From Eledone cirrhosa (lineage: Eukaryota): a DNA stretch of 64,000 bases. A program made the position numbers and the translations under genes. This document shows positions 43,863 through 59,361 of the stretch, piece after piece. Location of the stretch: positions 39,370,001 through 39,434,000 of the forward strand of contig OZ024742.1 of NCBI GenBank assembly GCA_964016885.1. Direction: 5' to 3'. How positions within the stretch are numbered: the stretch's first letter is position 1; the number at the start of each line of letters is the position of its first letter. The notes beneath the pieces are model-generated. The model ran no database searches and was not told where the DNA came from. It worked only from the letters and a program-made list of their open reading frames with translations.

Positions 43863-44210
43863 TAAAAAACGGAGTTAAAGACTCACATTAATCCCCTATA
43901 ATTTAATGAGCTCAAATTATAGACACCGGGCTCTTTATAAGACAGCATATAGAGATAAACACACAATGATGCTTGTCTTTATTTAAAGGCGATATAATAC
44001 CACCAGAGTGAAAATCATATTACCTACGAACGGAATGGAAAATACATAAAAATTAAAAGGATAAATTAACATGTATAGACCATTCTTTTTATAACTATAT
44101 CTTATATATGCTGCCAATAAAGACACACGCCCGACCCTCCCAACGTATAACAAGAGCTGTTTCAACACACGTTTTCAGATAAGAAATCTCGTAAAACAAA
44201 TTCAAAAACG

Positions 44211-44296
<86 letters not shown>

Positions 44297-44592
44297 CTTA
44301 TAGATAGGAAGTTTGTTTGTACGTTGACCACTAGTAAAGCTAAATAAAATTGGTAATAAATAAGGTTTTTCATGTGTTTTCAGCTAATATGACTCCCGAC
44401 ATGCTCGCAATCGATTTTCTCCCCGAAAACGGAATGGGTGATCCTCGGATTTTCCCTGCCTCGGAGATTTCTTCAGTGGGAATCTTTTTCTTTTCTAGTT
44501 TTATATATATATATATAAAAGAAGCGAAGCAGCGGTTATTATACAATTTTCTAAATAAATTAAAAAATGATAAAATAATCACCTGTTCAGAC

Positions 44593-44673
44593 GCTGTTAC
44601 CGACGGTTTCATCATTCCGAAAGATTGAAAATCCAACGAATTTCCAATGGAAAGAAATGAATCTTCAGACAGC
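44593..44673 (-). ncRNA. Type I hammerhead in doubly inverted element 44517-45197
   Basis: GCTGT-CTGAAGA-tTCATTTC...GGAATGAt-GAAA-CCGTCGG-TA-ACAGC. The element tail resembles the family B tail. Confidence 0.85.
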
Positions 44674-45194
44674 CCTATTTCCACGCCATAAGGTATCTAG
44701 CCTAATAGCAAGTAAATATTATGCTCCCTGCCCAACGCATGCGGTCAAGCCGTTAAAATGACACACACGAATAATCTGGTCGCTGATAAAAGCTGGATAT
44801 TATAAACATGTCGAATTGCCACTAAAATTAGCAGCATTATTCAACGTTTTGTTCTCTACATAAGGAGAATAATTATAGAAGTGGGTGGATACTTCAACAG
44901 GTACAATGTACTTGTAGAAATATTCAAGTTGTTTATAATACATGTGGTTCAATGGCACTAATTCGAGATACCAGAACAATATAAAAGAAGCGAAGCAAGC
45001 GGTTATTAAACAACGTCTGAACAGGTGATTATTTTATCATTTTTTAATTTATTTAGAAAATTGTTTAATAACCGCTTGCTTCGCTTCTTTTATATTGTTC
45101 TGGTATCTCGAATTAGTGCCATTGAACCACATGTATTATAAACAACTTGAATATTTCTACAAGTACATTGTACCTGTTGAAGTATCCATCCACT

Positions 45195-45272
<78 letters not shown>

Positions 45273-46182
45273 AATTATTGACTTGATTTTTTCCTCTCTT
45301 TACGTTGCTTCACCCATCATGTCTGTTTACATGCCTTTCTCTTTCTCCACCCACTTCTTTTTATTCCAATAACTTACTTTAGTTATTGTTTCGCCCTAGG
45401 CTGAGGTATCTTGTCTCTAACGCGAAGAAATACCTATGATGCCTAGTAGACAACTGATGATGGATAATCCCAACTTCTAATTTCTAATGTTTCATTATAC
45501 TTAATTGCAACAACACAGCTCGCCATTTTGATTTTAATATTTTTATATATATATATAGGGAATGTAAGGTGCAGTTAGGTTCACCCGAGTGAGCACTCGA
45601 TGCGAAGTTTCCAGTCGGTGAAGAGGTTTAGAACTAAGCAGAGTGTAATTATAATAATAAAAGGACGATTTGTTATGCCTTCATTACGTTTATTGAGTAG
45701 GGACGCGTGTTTCGCTATTGTTCAGCTCGTAGGACCTCTGGTGTGGTAATGAGAGAGAGTGAGAGAGAGAGAGAGAGCGAGAGAGAGTGTGTGTGAGAGA
45801 GAGAAAGAGAGACGTGTGTGTATATATATATATATATACACACATATATATACATATATGCAAAGAGAGGGAGAGGGCGAGTGGGAGAGAGACGGGGTGT
45901 CAGAGAAAGAAGATTGTGATGGAGGGGGGGGGGCAGAAACTGTAGGTGTTAGAAGTTAGAATAGCAAAGTATATGTACGTACATAAATGGTTTGAGTGAG
46001 TGTTTTAGAGGATAAATGGATTGGATATGTTGGAGATGTAGTAGTGGGAAGGGGGACTGAAAAATACAGAAGAATTGAGCTGAATTTACTAGAGGGCATT
46101 AAGTAAACATTAGTCTACTAAGTGGCTGTGAAATAAACATTGCTAAGTATACGGAAGTTTGTGTGCGCATAATATATATGAA

Positions 46183-46280
<98 letters not shown>

Positions 46281-46801
46281 GCATACATACACTCATGTTT
46301 CAATTATACTTCATAACATGTTCAATAAATGTGTATATACACACAAATGCGCGCGCATACATACATATATACAACATATACAAAAGCTGGCAGATTGTAA
46401 AGAAACACGAAATGTTTTACGCTTTTAAAGTTAAATCTCTTCGAGGTTTCATTCTTCACATGAAACTCGCCTACAATTTAATAAAGGTAAACGTAAAGAC
46501 CCATTAACTTCTGGTTGAGTCGTAGGCTCACTTTCATGATACCCGGCGTGCCTTGAGCATTTAAAACCTGGCGGAGAGCCCATCTTTCACCATATCGGAA
46601 CACGGCCCATATTATCAAGAGAGGAGAGAGGAATGGGAAGAACCAACCCCAATACAGAACTGGTACTTTATGTATTGATATATAAAGGATGAAAAGCAAA
46701 GTTGACCTCGGCTGGATTTGAACTGAGAGCGTAGTGAGCCAGATTAAATACGGAAGAAGTTTTCATCAGATGCACTAACAAGTCTTCCAATTCATCGCCT
46801 C

Positions 46802-46976
46802 CAGCCCTGTCAACTCTCCCTGTCCGACGGGGAGATCTTCCACCCACTTTGTGGTGGGTGAAAATGGGTACAGCTTTGATTATGTAAAATCTTCCTATCT
46901 TGCCCCATTTACCCCTGTTTTAGGGAACTGTTTTCATAGTATTCCACGTTTGGGTTTTTAGAGGTTGGCAGATCTG
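46802..46976. mobile_element. Empty copy of the CAGACCTG-TIR MITE
   Basis: Collinear with 18319-18610 but lacks the SINE. Confidence 0.75.
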
Positions 46977-47809
46977 AACCTCCCACACGAAAGATAAGTC
47001 ATACAAATCTGTTTAATCCGACATTTTGATGGCTCAATCACTAACAAGGTTTAGTATATTATCAAAAAACAATTTACTATATTATTTACGTGTCTTATTA
47101 GGTATTTGTTAAATAAAATCCTATAATACCGGGTTCGAATTTATATGTTTTTTCAAGGATCTTGGTAATGAAATAAAAAGAAATGCAAATGTGTGTGGCC
47201 TAGAGGGTAGAGTGTTGGACTAAGAATCATAAGATCCCAGTTTTGATTCCTAGACTGGGCGGCGTATTGTGTTCTTCAGCAAAATAGTTTACTTCACGTT
47301 CCTTCGTCTGAAGGAAATGTAACTAACCGATAGTATCAGCAATGGAAAGATGATAAACGTTGACATTGTTTCATTCGTTTGATCTGACAATCGGCTATTC
47401 TCCTTTGTGTGTGAAAGCACGTTGTGTTCTCGAGAAAAATACCTTATTTCACGCTGCTCCTTCTGCCAGGAGTTGTGACTAGTGTCAGTAATGGAAACAT
47501 TATTTCGTTGGTACGATAATAAAGAAATGACAGAGGGAAAATACAATTTAGGCGTTTCCACTTTAATTAAGAGGCAGGGTGAGGAAGAAAAATATTTGCA
47601 GTCCTTCATACCTGCATTTGGTCGACTGCTCCTAATCGCACTACCCTTGCTACTCTTAATAGGTCAAGCATAAATAGGCAGGTGTAAATACAAAAGTATA
47701 CAATGATGAAAATATTTTAAATAAAAGATAAAAATAATAAATATAGAGTAAAAAGAAAGAAAAGAGAAGATAAAAAGGAGGAAGGAAAGAGGGGAGAAAT
47801 TATATTTCC

Positions 47810-48350
47810 TTGGACGGGCTGCCTGTTTCAGCTGCACCCCGCAGAAAAGATTCCGAAAGCATTGCTGTACAGTAGGGTTTCACAAACTTTTTCAAACGCA
47901 GAACCCTTTTTGAAACTTTTGAGGAACCCCCACCCCCCAAAAAAACTATTTGGGGAACCCCAAAGTCTAATACTGTTATATGGTCGTAATATAAATATAC
48001 TCTACCTTTTTTCACGGAGTCTCAGACACTCCTTTGCAGAACCCTCTTTGGGAACCTCTGCTCTAGAGAATAGCCAGTGACACCCGTCAGCCATTCCACC
48101 TAATGAGGTTCCTTATGCCCTTATCCTGATTTGGGGGAAGAAAACAGCAGATGTTATGTAGTCAAGGAGGATGGGGGTGTCAACAGTGACTGGCACAAAA
48201 AGGAAGCGGTTGGTCAAGTCTCGGTATTTGGTTATCTTTTCCTCTGAGTTACGGTCAGCGGTGCCAAAGCGATGGAAATACGAACTTAATGCGTACATAT
48301 ATACCATGGGGTATCTATCTGTCGTTGATAGTAGACGTCTGTAACTTTGG
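47810..48350 (-). pseudogene. Decayed CRE-type RLE C-terminus
   Basis: EEKITKYRDLTNRFLFVPVTVDT (KxxKYxxL...FxPxAxET motif), then NAFGIFSAGC after the MITE. Confidence 0.65.
47873..48060. mobile_element. hAT (Charlie-like) MITE
   Basis: TAGGGTTTCACAAA / TTTGGGAACCTCTG ends with imperfect 8-bp TSD CTGTACAG / CTCTAGAG. Confidence 0.7.
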
Positions 48351-48754
48351 CTGCCACTTATTTGGATTTATATTACGAGTTGACTGTAAGTTTGTGCTGA
48401 ATTTTATTTTATTTGTGTAAATTAACCTCCCGCCTAGGCTTGTAGACGGGTGGTTATTTTATTTTCACCCCGTTTTACGAGGGCTATAGAATACCCCTCC
48501 TTAAAAATGATAAAAATGACATTGAATGTTCATAAAACACTAAAAGACAATTTTCATGAGGACATGGGAAAACCCTTTAACCGCATCCTCTTGAAAAATT
48601 TCCCCACCCCCACCCCAAACACCCACACCACCCCAAACGCCCCAACCAAACCACACACTAATGTCCCCACACCACCACAAACCACTACGCCACCCAACAA
48701 CCCCTCACACACCCCCATGGAAGTTGTGCGGTCCGGTTCCCGGGACGCGAAGAA

Positions 48755-49335
48755 GTAGACTTGTGGGGCTATGAGGAACCACTGCTGTCACGGGTGGGAC
48801 CAATCCGGTTGACCACAGAGTCCATTGTTACGATCAAACCGCCTCTCCCCTTCAAAAACGAAGGAGAGGCGGTCTTCCTCTGTGTAATAGCCATGGTGAA
48901 AGAGGTTGTATGGTGGACGCGTTTGAAAAGATAAGGTCGGGCACCTTTCTCTCCGGCCAACAACTGGTCCTTTTCTTCCGATATCATTTCGGAAGAAGGA
49001 TCAGGATGGAGAGAGAGGTGCTCCACCTCAGCCAGTTTTATGAAAGGTGGGTGAAAGTGGCGAGAATGGCCCGTGTGAATGGGCCTTCTCTCTATATCAG
49101 CCTGTACGTGAAAAAAATGGAAGAACAAGGGAGCACCCTCTCTCTGTGCTCGTGAGGAGAAGGGTGGCACACTTTTTCGGGGGTGTGTGCGACCCCCCAA
49201 AACACCTCCTCCCTATTGACGACTTTATTGTTAATTTTATATTTGTTATTTGTTTTTTACTCGTTCTTTTGTGTACCCCCCCCCCCTTGTATTTGTCCTC
49301 CTCTTTTGTGCCCTCGTGGCAATAAATAGAAATTT
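48755..49335 (+). mobile_element. Tx1/L1-like LINE 3' fragment
   Basis: DLWGY..LLSRVGPIRL...MVKEVVWWTRLK, frameshift, FFRYHFGRRIRMERE..FYERWVKVARM. AATAAA then (CTAT)n. Confidence 0.75.
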
Positions 49336-49374
49336 ATCTATCTATCTATCTACCTACCTACCTATCTATCTATT

Positions 49375-49760
49375 TATCTTTCTCGGACAACAACTCATTC
49401 CCTTCTTTAGATACCACTTTAGAAGGAGAATCAGAGTGGAGAGAGAGGCACTGCACCCCAGTAAATTTACTGAAAGGTGGGTGAATGTGACAAAAATGGC
49501 CCGAGTGATTGGGCCTTCTCTGTATATAAACCTGTAGGTTGAAGAAGAGAACAAAAGGAAGAAAGTAGCACTTGCACAACACGCTCCTGAAGTTGAGGGT
49601 TGTTCGATCGACGGGGTATTAAAAAACCCAATTGTGGCGCTTCCCCCCTATTGGGGATTTCGACACTTTTATATTTTTTTACGCGATTGTATGTAAAATC
49701 CCCAGCATGTCTTTTTTTTTGTCCCATTTTCTTGTGCGCCCTTGTGGCTAATAAAGAAAT
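49375..49760 (+). mobile_element. Second Tx1/L1-like 3' fragment inserted in the (CTAT)n tail of the first
   Basis: FFRYHFRRRIRVERE..FTERWVNVTKMARV, with (CTAT)n on both sides. Confidence 0.75.
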
Positions 49761-49872
49761 CTATCTATCTATCTATCTATCTATCTAGCCTATCCTATTG
49801 CCACAGCTGAGGGTTTGAAACCAGTTTTACAACACAAGAATGTGTCAGTGTGTGGTTGTATACACACACGCG

Positions 49873-49916
<44 letters not shown>

Positions 49917-49930
49917 ATATATATACATGT

Positions 49931-49997
<67 letters not shown>

Positions 49998-50041
49998 CAT
50001 GTATATATATATATTGGACGTGTGTAATGTTGAGTGTGCAG

Positions 50042-50233
50042 GTGGGAGGTGTTTGCGGTATGCGTTTACCCAAAACAAGTAATGTTATGGCAAACGCCCG
50101 CTGGTCGGCAGCACCAACTGCGAGCACGTGTGAAGAATCTTCATCCCTCACACAACCTCCATTCGCTACCTCCCCATCCCCAGTCATCCCGCAGTTACGC
50201 CTCGTTTCAGACGAGGCCAACCAACATAACTAA
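50042..50233 (+). CDS. Possible terminal coding exon of an unidentified host gene
   Basis: Unique GC-richer island after TGCAG, open for 63 codons ([14 protein letters not shown]...[17 protein letters not shown]). Weak acceptor and no recognised homology. Confidence 0.25.
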   Translation: MGGVCGMRLPKTSNVMANARWSAAPTASTCEESSSLTQPPFATSPSPVIPQLRLVSDEANQHN

Positions 50234-50397
50234 TGACAAAAGGTATAAAAACAACAAAAAATACCACTCTATCAACCAGCCCTACACTTTCCCTATTTAC
50301 GAGATTTCAATACATATATTTACAGTTTCACACAACCACACACACACATACCATCTCCCCCACACAGGTACACCACCACTCACAGATATGCACACAA

Positions 50398-50443
<46 letters not shown>

Positions 50444-50444
50444 G

Positions 50445-50515
<71 letters not shown>

Positions 50516-50519
<4 letters not shown>

Positions 50520-50728
50520 GACGAAAATAAGAAAATTTTAAAAATTAAAAATTAACTTACTTACTAAAATTTTCACTCCAACTAAATAGTTTGTGTAAGG
50601 GAGTAAATATAGTTACGTAATGTAACTATAGAGAAGTCCTTACGTCATCAAAATTTTCTTATTTTACGTCTTTCATATAATTGTTCTGCATCCCCCTGCA
50701 TAGAACCACAAAGGTACTAAGACATAAC
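50516..50728. mobile_element. (TA)n-flanked element with inverted arms and a decayed hammerhead (50576-50651, minus)
   Basis: GAAAGACGAAAATAAGAAAATTTT / AAAATTTTCTTATTTTACGTCTTTC arms. tTGATGA-cGTAAGG...CCTTACa-cAAA-CTATTTAG-TT. Confidence 0.65.
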
Positions 50729-50817
50729 ATATATATTTGCTAGCATGGGTTTACATCTGTATACATATGTTGGTAGATATACTAATTCTCTCTCTCTCAA
50801 TATATATATATATATAT

Positions 50818-51162
<345 letters not shown>

Positions 51163-52841
51163 GTATGTATATGTATGTATATGTATATATATATGTATAT
51201 ATATATATATGTATATGTATGTATATGTATGTATATATATATATGTATATATATATATGTGTATGTATATGTATGTATATATATATATGTATATATATAT
51301 ATATGTATATATATATGTATATGTATGTATATATATATATGTATATATATGTATATATATATATATATATATATAACTTCTAGCTGATATAATATATTTT
51401 CTCCTAAGCAAAATCAAAATCCAGTACACAGTATTTAAAAGTTATCCTAACTCATGGCAACTAGAAGTGATTATCAGTAATTACATGTTAACAATTGATG
51501 TTGTTAGGATTTAAAAATGAAGGTTCTGGGTTCCACTTAACATTTGGAAATTATAGATTATAAAAACATCAACAGAAATATACAAAAGATCTTTGAAAAT
51601 ATTATCTGAGAAACATGAAACCTCAACAGTATGTCAAACTATGTTTTAGTACAGTGGTGCAAAACCTTCTTTCAGAAGGAGGTTTCTTTTGCATCATGTG
51701 ACTTCTTCTTCATCAAGAGAAAGTGAGCAAGAGGAATCAACTCCAGTACTGGAGTGGTACTTTATTTATCAACTCCTAAAGGATGAAAGGTAAAGCTGAT
51801 CTCAGCAAAATTTGAACTTGGAGCTTAGAAAGTCAAAATGAGTACTGCATGGACTGTATGGCTATGTCAATTTGCAGTTTAGTGAATATGTAAAAAAAAC
51901 AAAACAAAACACTTTATATATGTATATATGTATATATATAGTCAGGTCACCACTTGGTGCTACTGGTAACATGTATCCCAGTACAACCTGTCTCATGGTC
52001 GGGTCGTTGGCGACTAAACTGGCAACCCCACCAAGGTTTCTTGGTGAGGAGGGTGACTGGACATCCTGCAGGACTAAAAACAAAACCTGTCAAAGGGCAA
52101 AGGCGCTCTTAAGAGTCAATGGCCATCCAAAATCACCGGGAGAGATGACCCCTTAGCCTTTGTCAAGGCAGAATTCTAGGAGAAGGAAAACTCTGATATA
52201 ACACCTGCAACCCTGATGGTATCGAATGATGTTGACTTGTTCTTTTTGGTAAATATCATCTTGGTTAAGAGAGTGGGACTGGCTTTGTGCAGTGCCTTTG
52301 CTCACTATAAAATCTTCACGGCACAGGCATTGCTTTATATCTGGAGATCTCTCTGCACTTGTCGTCACATGGTACCATGGGCCCAGCACTATGTGTCAAT
52401 AATTGTCACAAGTGTATTGTTTGTACCAGAGTTTTCAAGTCGCTGGCTGGACTAAAAAGTCACACTCATTCAGCGCATCGTTAGGGGTTCTCCTACATGG
52501 ATATAAAGTAGTGGCCGTACTCCAAACGAGTTGGCAGCCACCATATATATATATATGTATAAATATATATATATGTATATATATAGAAAGATTTGAATGG
52601 ATACAGTTTAGTTGAAAGGAATTTATTGACACGTGTTTCTATAACAGTTACATAACCTAAAACAGCTGCTATCTACAAACTTTTAGTTATGCAGACATTC
52701 AATATTTCAATGTTATTATTATATCTTTCTATTTTTCTCCGGATTACTTTTGGAACTACAACTGGAACCGTCGAGCAAACTCTACGTGAGCTGATAATCT
52801 ACTGTGTGTAATATTTATATTACAACACAACGGAAAATACT

Positions 52842-54304
<1,463 letters not shown>

Positions 54305-54472
54305 AAAAAGAATATTTCACTCTACATGGCTGAATACAATAAATGTAATCTGAGTTTTTCGAATATTAATAATAAATTCCATTCGTTTGCAATTATGCAA
54401 ACAAGCCTCAATTTTATAGCCATGTCAGTAGAATGAACACTTCATTCTTGCTCTTGTGTTGGCATGCGAACA

Positions 54473-54522
54473 GAACTGCAGACGCTAATGTTTCTGGGTA
54501 TCACCCTTCATCAGTACAGCTC
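54473..54522 (-). ncRNA. Type I hammerhead in element 54305-54756 (arms 54339-54467 / 54627-54756)
   Basis: GAGCTGTA-CTGATGA-aGGG tgata CCCa-GAAA-CATTAGCG-TC-TGCAGTTC. 8-bp helix I with two G-U pairs, GUC site. Confidence 0.85.
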
Positions 54523-54750
54523 AATGTTCACCTGCCAAACTGTCAGAGTTAGTGAAAATATATGCTATTTTCAAAAATACACAGTGACTGATCGGCCTGA
54601 TTTGCATATTAGCAGACTGGCTGTTGGCATGCCAACACAAGAGCAAGAATGAAGTGTTCATTCTACTGACATGGCTATAAAATTGAGGCTTGTTTGCATA
54701 ATTTCAAACGAATCGAATGTTGTTATTAATATTCGAAAAACTCAGATTAC

Positions 54751-54792
<42 letters not shown>

Positions 54793-54799
<7 letters not shown>

Positions 54800-54934
54800 C
54801 AAATAACGAAACAAAATTAAATTTCGTTTCGTTTGTAACTCACTTTTGTATGACTGACGCTTAAACAATTAAGTCATACAAAAGTGAGTTACAAACGAAA
54901 CGAAATTTAATTTTGTTTCGTTATTTGTTTTTAT
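54793..54934. repeat. 63-bp perfect inverted repeat at the start of another (TA)n-anchored element
   Basis: Arms 54793-54855 and 54872-54934. Confidence 0.9.
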
Positions 54935-55060
54935 CGTCTCCGTTGAACCGGTACGTACTCACGCTCTATGCAAATTAGTCTGCCCACTACTAATTTTCAT
55001 AGAAAAAGCATATAACGATATGTGCTTTTACGATTCTCTAGAGAGGCCGGAAGATAGGTA

Positions 55061-55105
55061 AATATTGCTGATGAGATGTAACAACATCGAAACTAGTTCA
55101 ATATT
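55061..55105 (+). ncRNA. Canonical minimal type I hammerhead ribozyme
   Basis: AATATTG-CTGATGA-GATGT aaca ACATC-GAAA-CTAG-TT-CAATATT. 7-bp helix I, 5-bp helix II, palindromic AACTAGTT, predicted cut after 55098. Confidence 0.9.
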
Positions 55106-55325
55106 CCTTGCCTGGCTTTCTGGAGAATAGAGGAAAGGTGTTTCCTCAAAAACCAGTATGACTCTAAAAACCGGTTTGTCTGTGTGTTTACATACAGAAT
55201 AGCTGGACACTCACAGTAAAGTGACCAGTGAAAAACTCGGTACATCTACATATGTATACGTGTGTGTATTCATATGCATACTAGTATTTCAGTATACATA
55301 TGTGGATGTACATTTTTAACTTAAT

Positions 55326-55356
<31 letters not shown>

Positions 55357-55364
55357 TATATGTT

Positions 55365-55408
<44 letters not shown>

Positions 55409-55411
55409 CAT

Positions 55412-55537
<126 letters not shown>

Positions 55538-56364
55538 AGGGTCCCCCCGCCCCGCAAAAAAATGCGAAATGTATATTATACATATTTATTAGAATACTGT
55601 AGAAGTGTGTATACATTTTTGAGACACCCTGTTTACACACACACACACATATATATATATTTATATATATATATATGTGTGTGTGTGTGCGTGTGTGCGT
55701 GCGTGTCTGTGTGAGTGTGTATGAGTGTGTGCGCGCGTGCGTGCATCTGTATATAAATATATATAAATTTATATATATATATACATATACATATATACAT
55801 ACACCTGTGTGTAGGAGGGGGAAATATTGCTAGAAGACCAGCAACGCAGAAGTACTCCTGCTGTGTCTGAATCTTTTAAAACCTACTACCTACTATTAAA
55901 CCTAAATAAACCAATTAGATAAGATACTAATTATTAAAATGGAAAAGGGATGCCAAATATTAAGTCCTAGATCGCTTGTCTCTTTTTCGTGCACGAAGGG
56001 AATTTTTCCAAATACTTTCGAATAATTGTTAGAAGTAAGCCTTTGCCCAAAGAAGTACTTGCTACTTACCTAAATATTAAAGGTTGTGTAGATAGAAAGA
56101 AAAAATGAAAAGATAATTGTGCTGCACTACACGTATATGTACATGACTGCATGTATATATATAGACTTTGATGGAATAAACAAAATAAGCCCAGAAATAA
56201 GAGGAGATCAACAACTTACTAATAATAAAGTTGAAGTAAATACTACATAATGCGTGTATTTTTATTGGCAATATTGGCAACATGACCTTTCCATAATATA
56301 TCAATCTTCTTCAACACACGATTTCACATCTAGAATCTTGCAAGACAAACACATCAATAAACAC

Positions 56365-56415
<51 letters not shown>

Positions 56416-56503
56416 CACATACATATATACACACATATATATATATATATATACACACACATATACATATATATACATATATATATATAGTTTTAATATA
56501 GAT

Positions 56504-56557
56504 GAGATTCTACAGGACTAGAACTGTTTCATTCATTAGAAATCATCAGGAATACTC
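56504..56557 (-). ncRNA. Type I hammerhead in (TA)n-flanked element 56490-56618
   Basis: GAGtATTC-CTGATGA-tTTC taat GAAt-GAAA-CAG ttctagtc CTG-TA-GAATCTC. Confidence 0.8.
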
Positions 56558-56614
56558 TGCTATGTATTGAGTACCTTACTTACTGTGGTTACCTCCGATT
56601 CAACCCGGAATAAC

Positions 56615-56707
<93 letters not shown>

Positions 56708-56708
56708 A

Positions 56709-56908
56709 AACGAAGGAAATGTGGTAAGGAACCAGGTGGACCATAACGCACCAAAGTACTCAATACTTAGGGTAGTAGAGTGGGTAATAGGAACGAGTAG
56801 GGCCCCGACGGCTGAGCTCAAGCCGTTTCGACGGCTAATTCTGGACTAATTCTGTCCAGAATTAGCCGTTGAAACGGCTTGAGCTCAGCCGTCGGGGTCC
56901 TACTCGTT

Positions 56909-56911
<3 letters not shown>
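56709..56911 (-). mobile_element. Family A element, reverse orientation
   Basis: Reverse complement of tail plus hairpin, between (TA)n tracts. Confidence 0.85.
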
Positions 56912-56984
<73 letters not shown>

Positions 56985-58522
56985 TATATGTGTGTATGTG
57001 TGTATATGTGTGATTGTGCATATATACGTATATATTTATACATGCACACAGACGCACTATCTCTCTCTCACACACACCACACACACATATATATATATAC
57101 ACATATATATACACATATGTGTATATCTGTGTGTATTTCTGTATATACTATTGAATATCTTTCTAAATATTACTGTCTTCGTTAACAATACTATTGTGGA
57201 ATTTTGTTATTGTGAGTGTTTCGTTTCTGTTACATCCTTCTTCTTTTTCTCGCCTGAATGTTTATTTGCTGATGGGAGGGCTTAAGGGTGGGGGTATACC
57301 AAGAGAATCTACATGATATTTTATGGTGTGTACCCTGACAGTAATTACGCATGCTAAAGGTTTTTTATATGTTTTTGCTTTCTGTTTTGTTTCAGATGTG
57401 GACCCTGTATGGCCGAATACCGAAGAAGTTTGCTTCGTTATTAATAGGTCTTTATTTCGATCCCACTGCGTGGGTTTCTGGGCCAATGTCATTTACCATA
57501 GCCTTGGGTCCACCCAAACCTTGTGAGTGAAACTGGGTAGAAAGAAGGAAGCTTTTTGGAAGCCTGTCAAATGGATTGTACCTGTCAGTAAATCAACGAT
57601 CAAGCCTTCTCACACTGTATCACGCTGATCCTTTTTGAGAATTTCGTTATGGGTGCACGTGTCTGTGCAGTACTCAGCCACTTACACGTTAATTTCATCA
57701 GTAGGCTATTTCATTGATCGAACAACTGGAACACTCATCGTCGAAACCGATGGAAGTCCATTCCATATTTTAAGTCTAGGGTGTTGCTAACGGAGAAGTT
57801 GCTACCTCAGTTGTTACATTTCAGAAAAACAACAGCAACTACCACGTCCTGGTCTTTGCTGTGGCCATCCTACTAAGCTGTGGGTGTACAGAAATATCAC
57901 CTTCCATACTAGCCCCATTTAGATCTTCCCTATTGTTACCATCATCTTCAGCATCAGTCTGACCTTTGCTTTCACTTCTCCCCACACGATGCTATCTTCA
58001 CCCCCCAAATCACCCCCTCCCCAGTTCATTAACCAGCCTTGTCTTTGGTGCCAGCTTAAACGCTTGCACCACTATCGCTGCCTCCATTAAAAAGAGCTAT
58101 TCATCCCAGGCCATCTACACTTGTATTAGTAACTTTATCACCACTATCATCATCGCTACCACTGCTACTAGAACCACAACTCAATACTCCAACCAATCAT
58201 TCATATATTTGTTAGTTTTCTAGATACAAATCCACGGATTTGGAGCTACACATCCCGTTTGAGCTAAAGCGACCATTGTAATCAACTTGGTATGTAGTTA
58301 GATATCATGTTAGAGCAGACAATGTATTGTGGAAAGTGACATAATTTCGGTCGATATATTCCCAATGACAATAATTGTTCAACTATAAGGATAATTAGTG
58401 TTCAAATAACTGAAAACATATTCTAACGAATGTTTCGAATTCACTTCAACGGAATATTTGATTTTAACTCAGCCATCACCTCCTTCCGATTTTTATATTA
58501 TTTTGTAAAAAAATGATGTTTG

Positions 58523-58683
<161 letters not shown>

Positions 58684-58833
58684 GTGGCTAAGGCACTCGC
58701 AAAGTATTCGGGAGATGTGGGATTCAATTCCTAGCAAGCACTATCGTCTACATATATTGCTCTATCTAGGAGTATTTTACCTGATTTTCACAATTATTAC
58801 ATGTACTGATAAACTGTTATTACATTATATATT

Positions 58834-59020
58834 GGTGGATTGGCAGTATCGGTAGAAAGTCGGACGCCGTGCTTTGACGCATTGAGTTACGGCCCCTGCC
58901 ATTCTGAGTTCAAATCCCGCCGAGGTTAACTTTGCCTTTCATCCTTACGGGGTCGATAAAATAAAGTACCAGTAATACACTGAGTAATTGCTGGCCTTGT
59001 GCCAAAAGTAGAAACAATTA
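58834..59020 (+). mobile_element. SINE S1 copy
   Basis: Matches consensus. ATTACATTATATAT duplicated on both flanks. Confidence 0.85.
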
Positions 59021-59326
59021 CATTATATATATATATGAATATATATATATATGAATATATATATATATGTATATATACTCACCTACAGCTATCAATATAG
59101 AGTTGCATCACAGAAAGTTGTTTCAAATATACTTATATAACCCACGACTCACATATTGCCCCTGTGTGTGTGACATACAAACTAAATTGTTTCGGGAGCA
59201 CACAAGCTACATCAAGGAGGAAAAAAACACTGGAGCCTACATATATAGGCTCAAACTTTCACAGAGAAATACACATGGATGTAGACATATTTACACACAT
59301 ACACACACACACTCACTCACACACAT

Positions 59327-59361
<35 letters not shown>

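Noticed and set aside
45453-45480. CTGATGATGGATAATCC motif
   Set aside because: Lacks GAAA and helix III.
45699-45737. Hammerhead-like motif (minus) with GCT/AGC helix II and GAAACACGCGTC
   Set aside because: The CUGANGA box reads UCCUACGA, so it is at best a dead relic and is not counted.
52628-52639. GAAACACGTGTC (minus) palindromic half motif, with similar halves at ~38875 and ~36585
   Set aside because: No 5' core found, so they cannot be called ribozymes.
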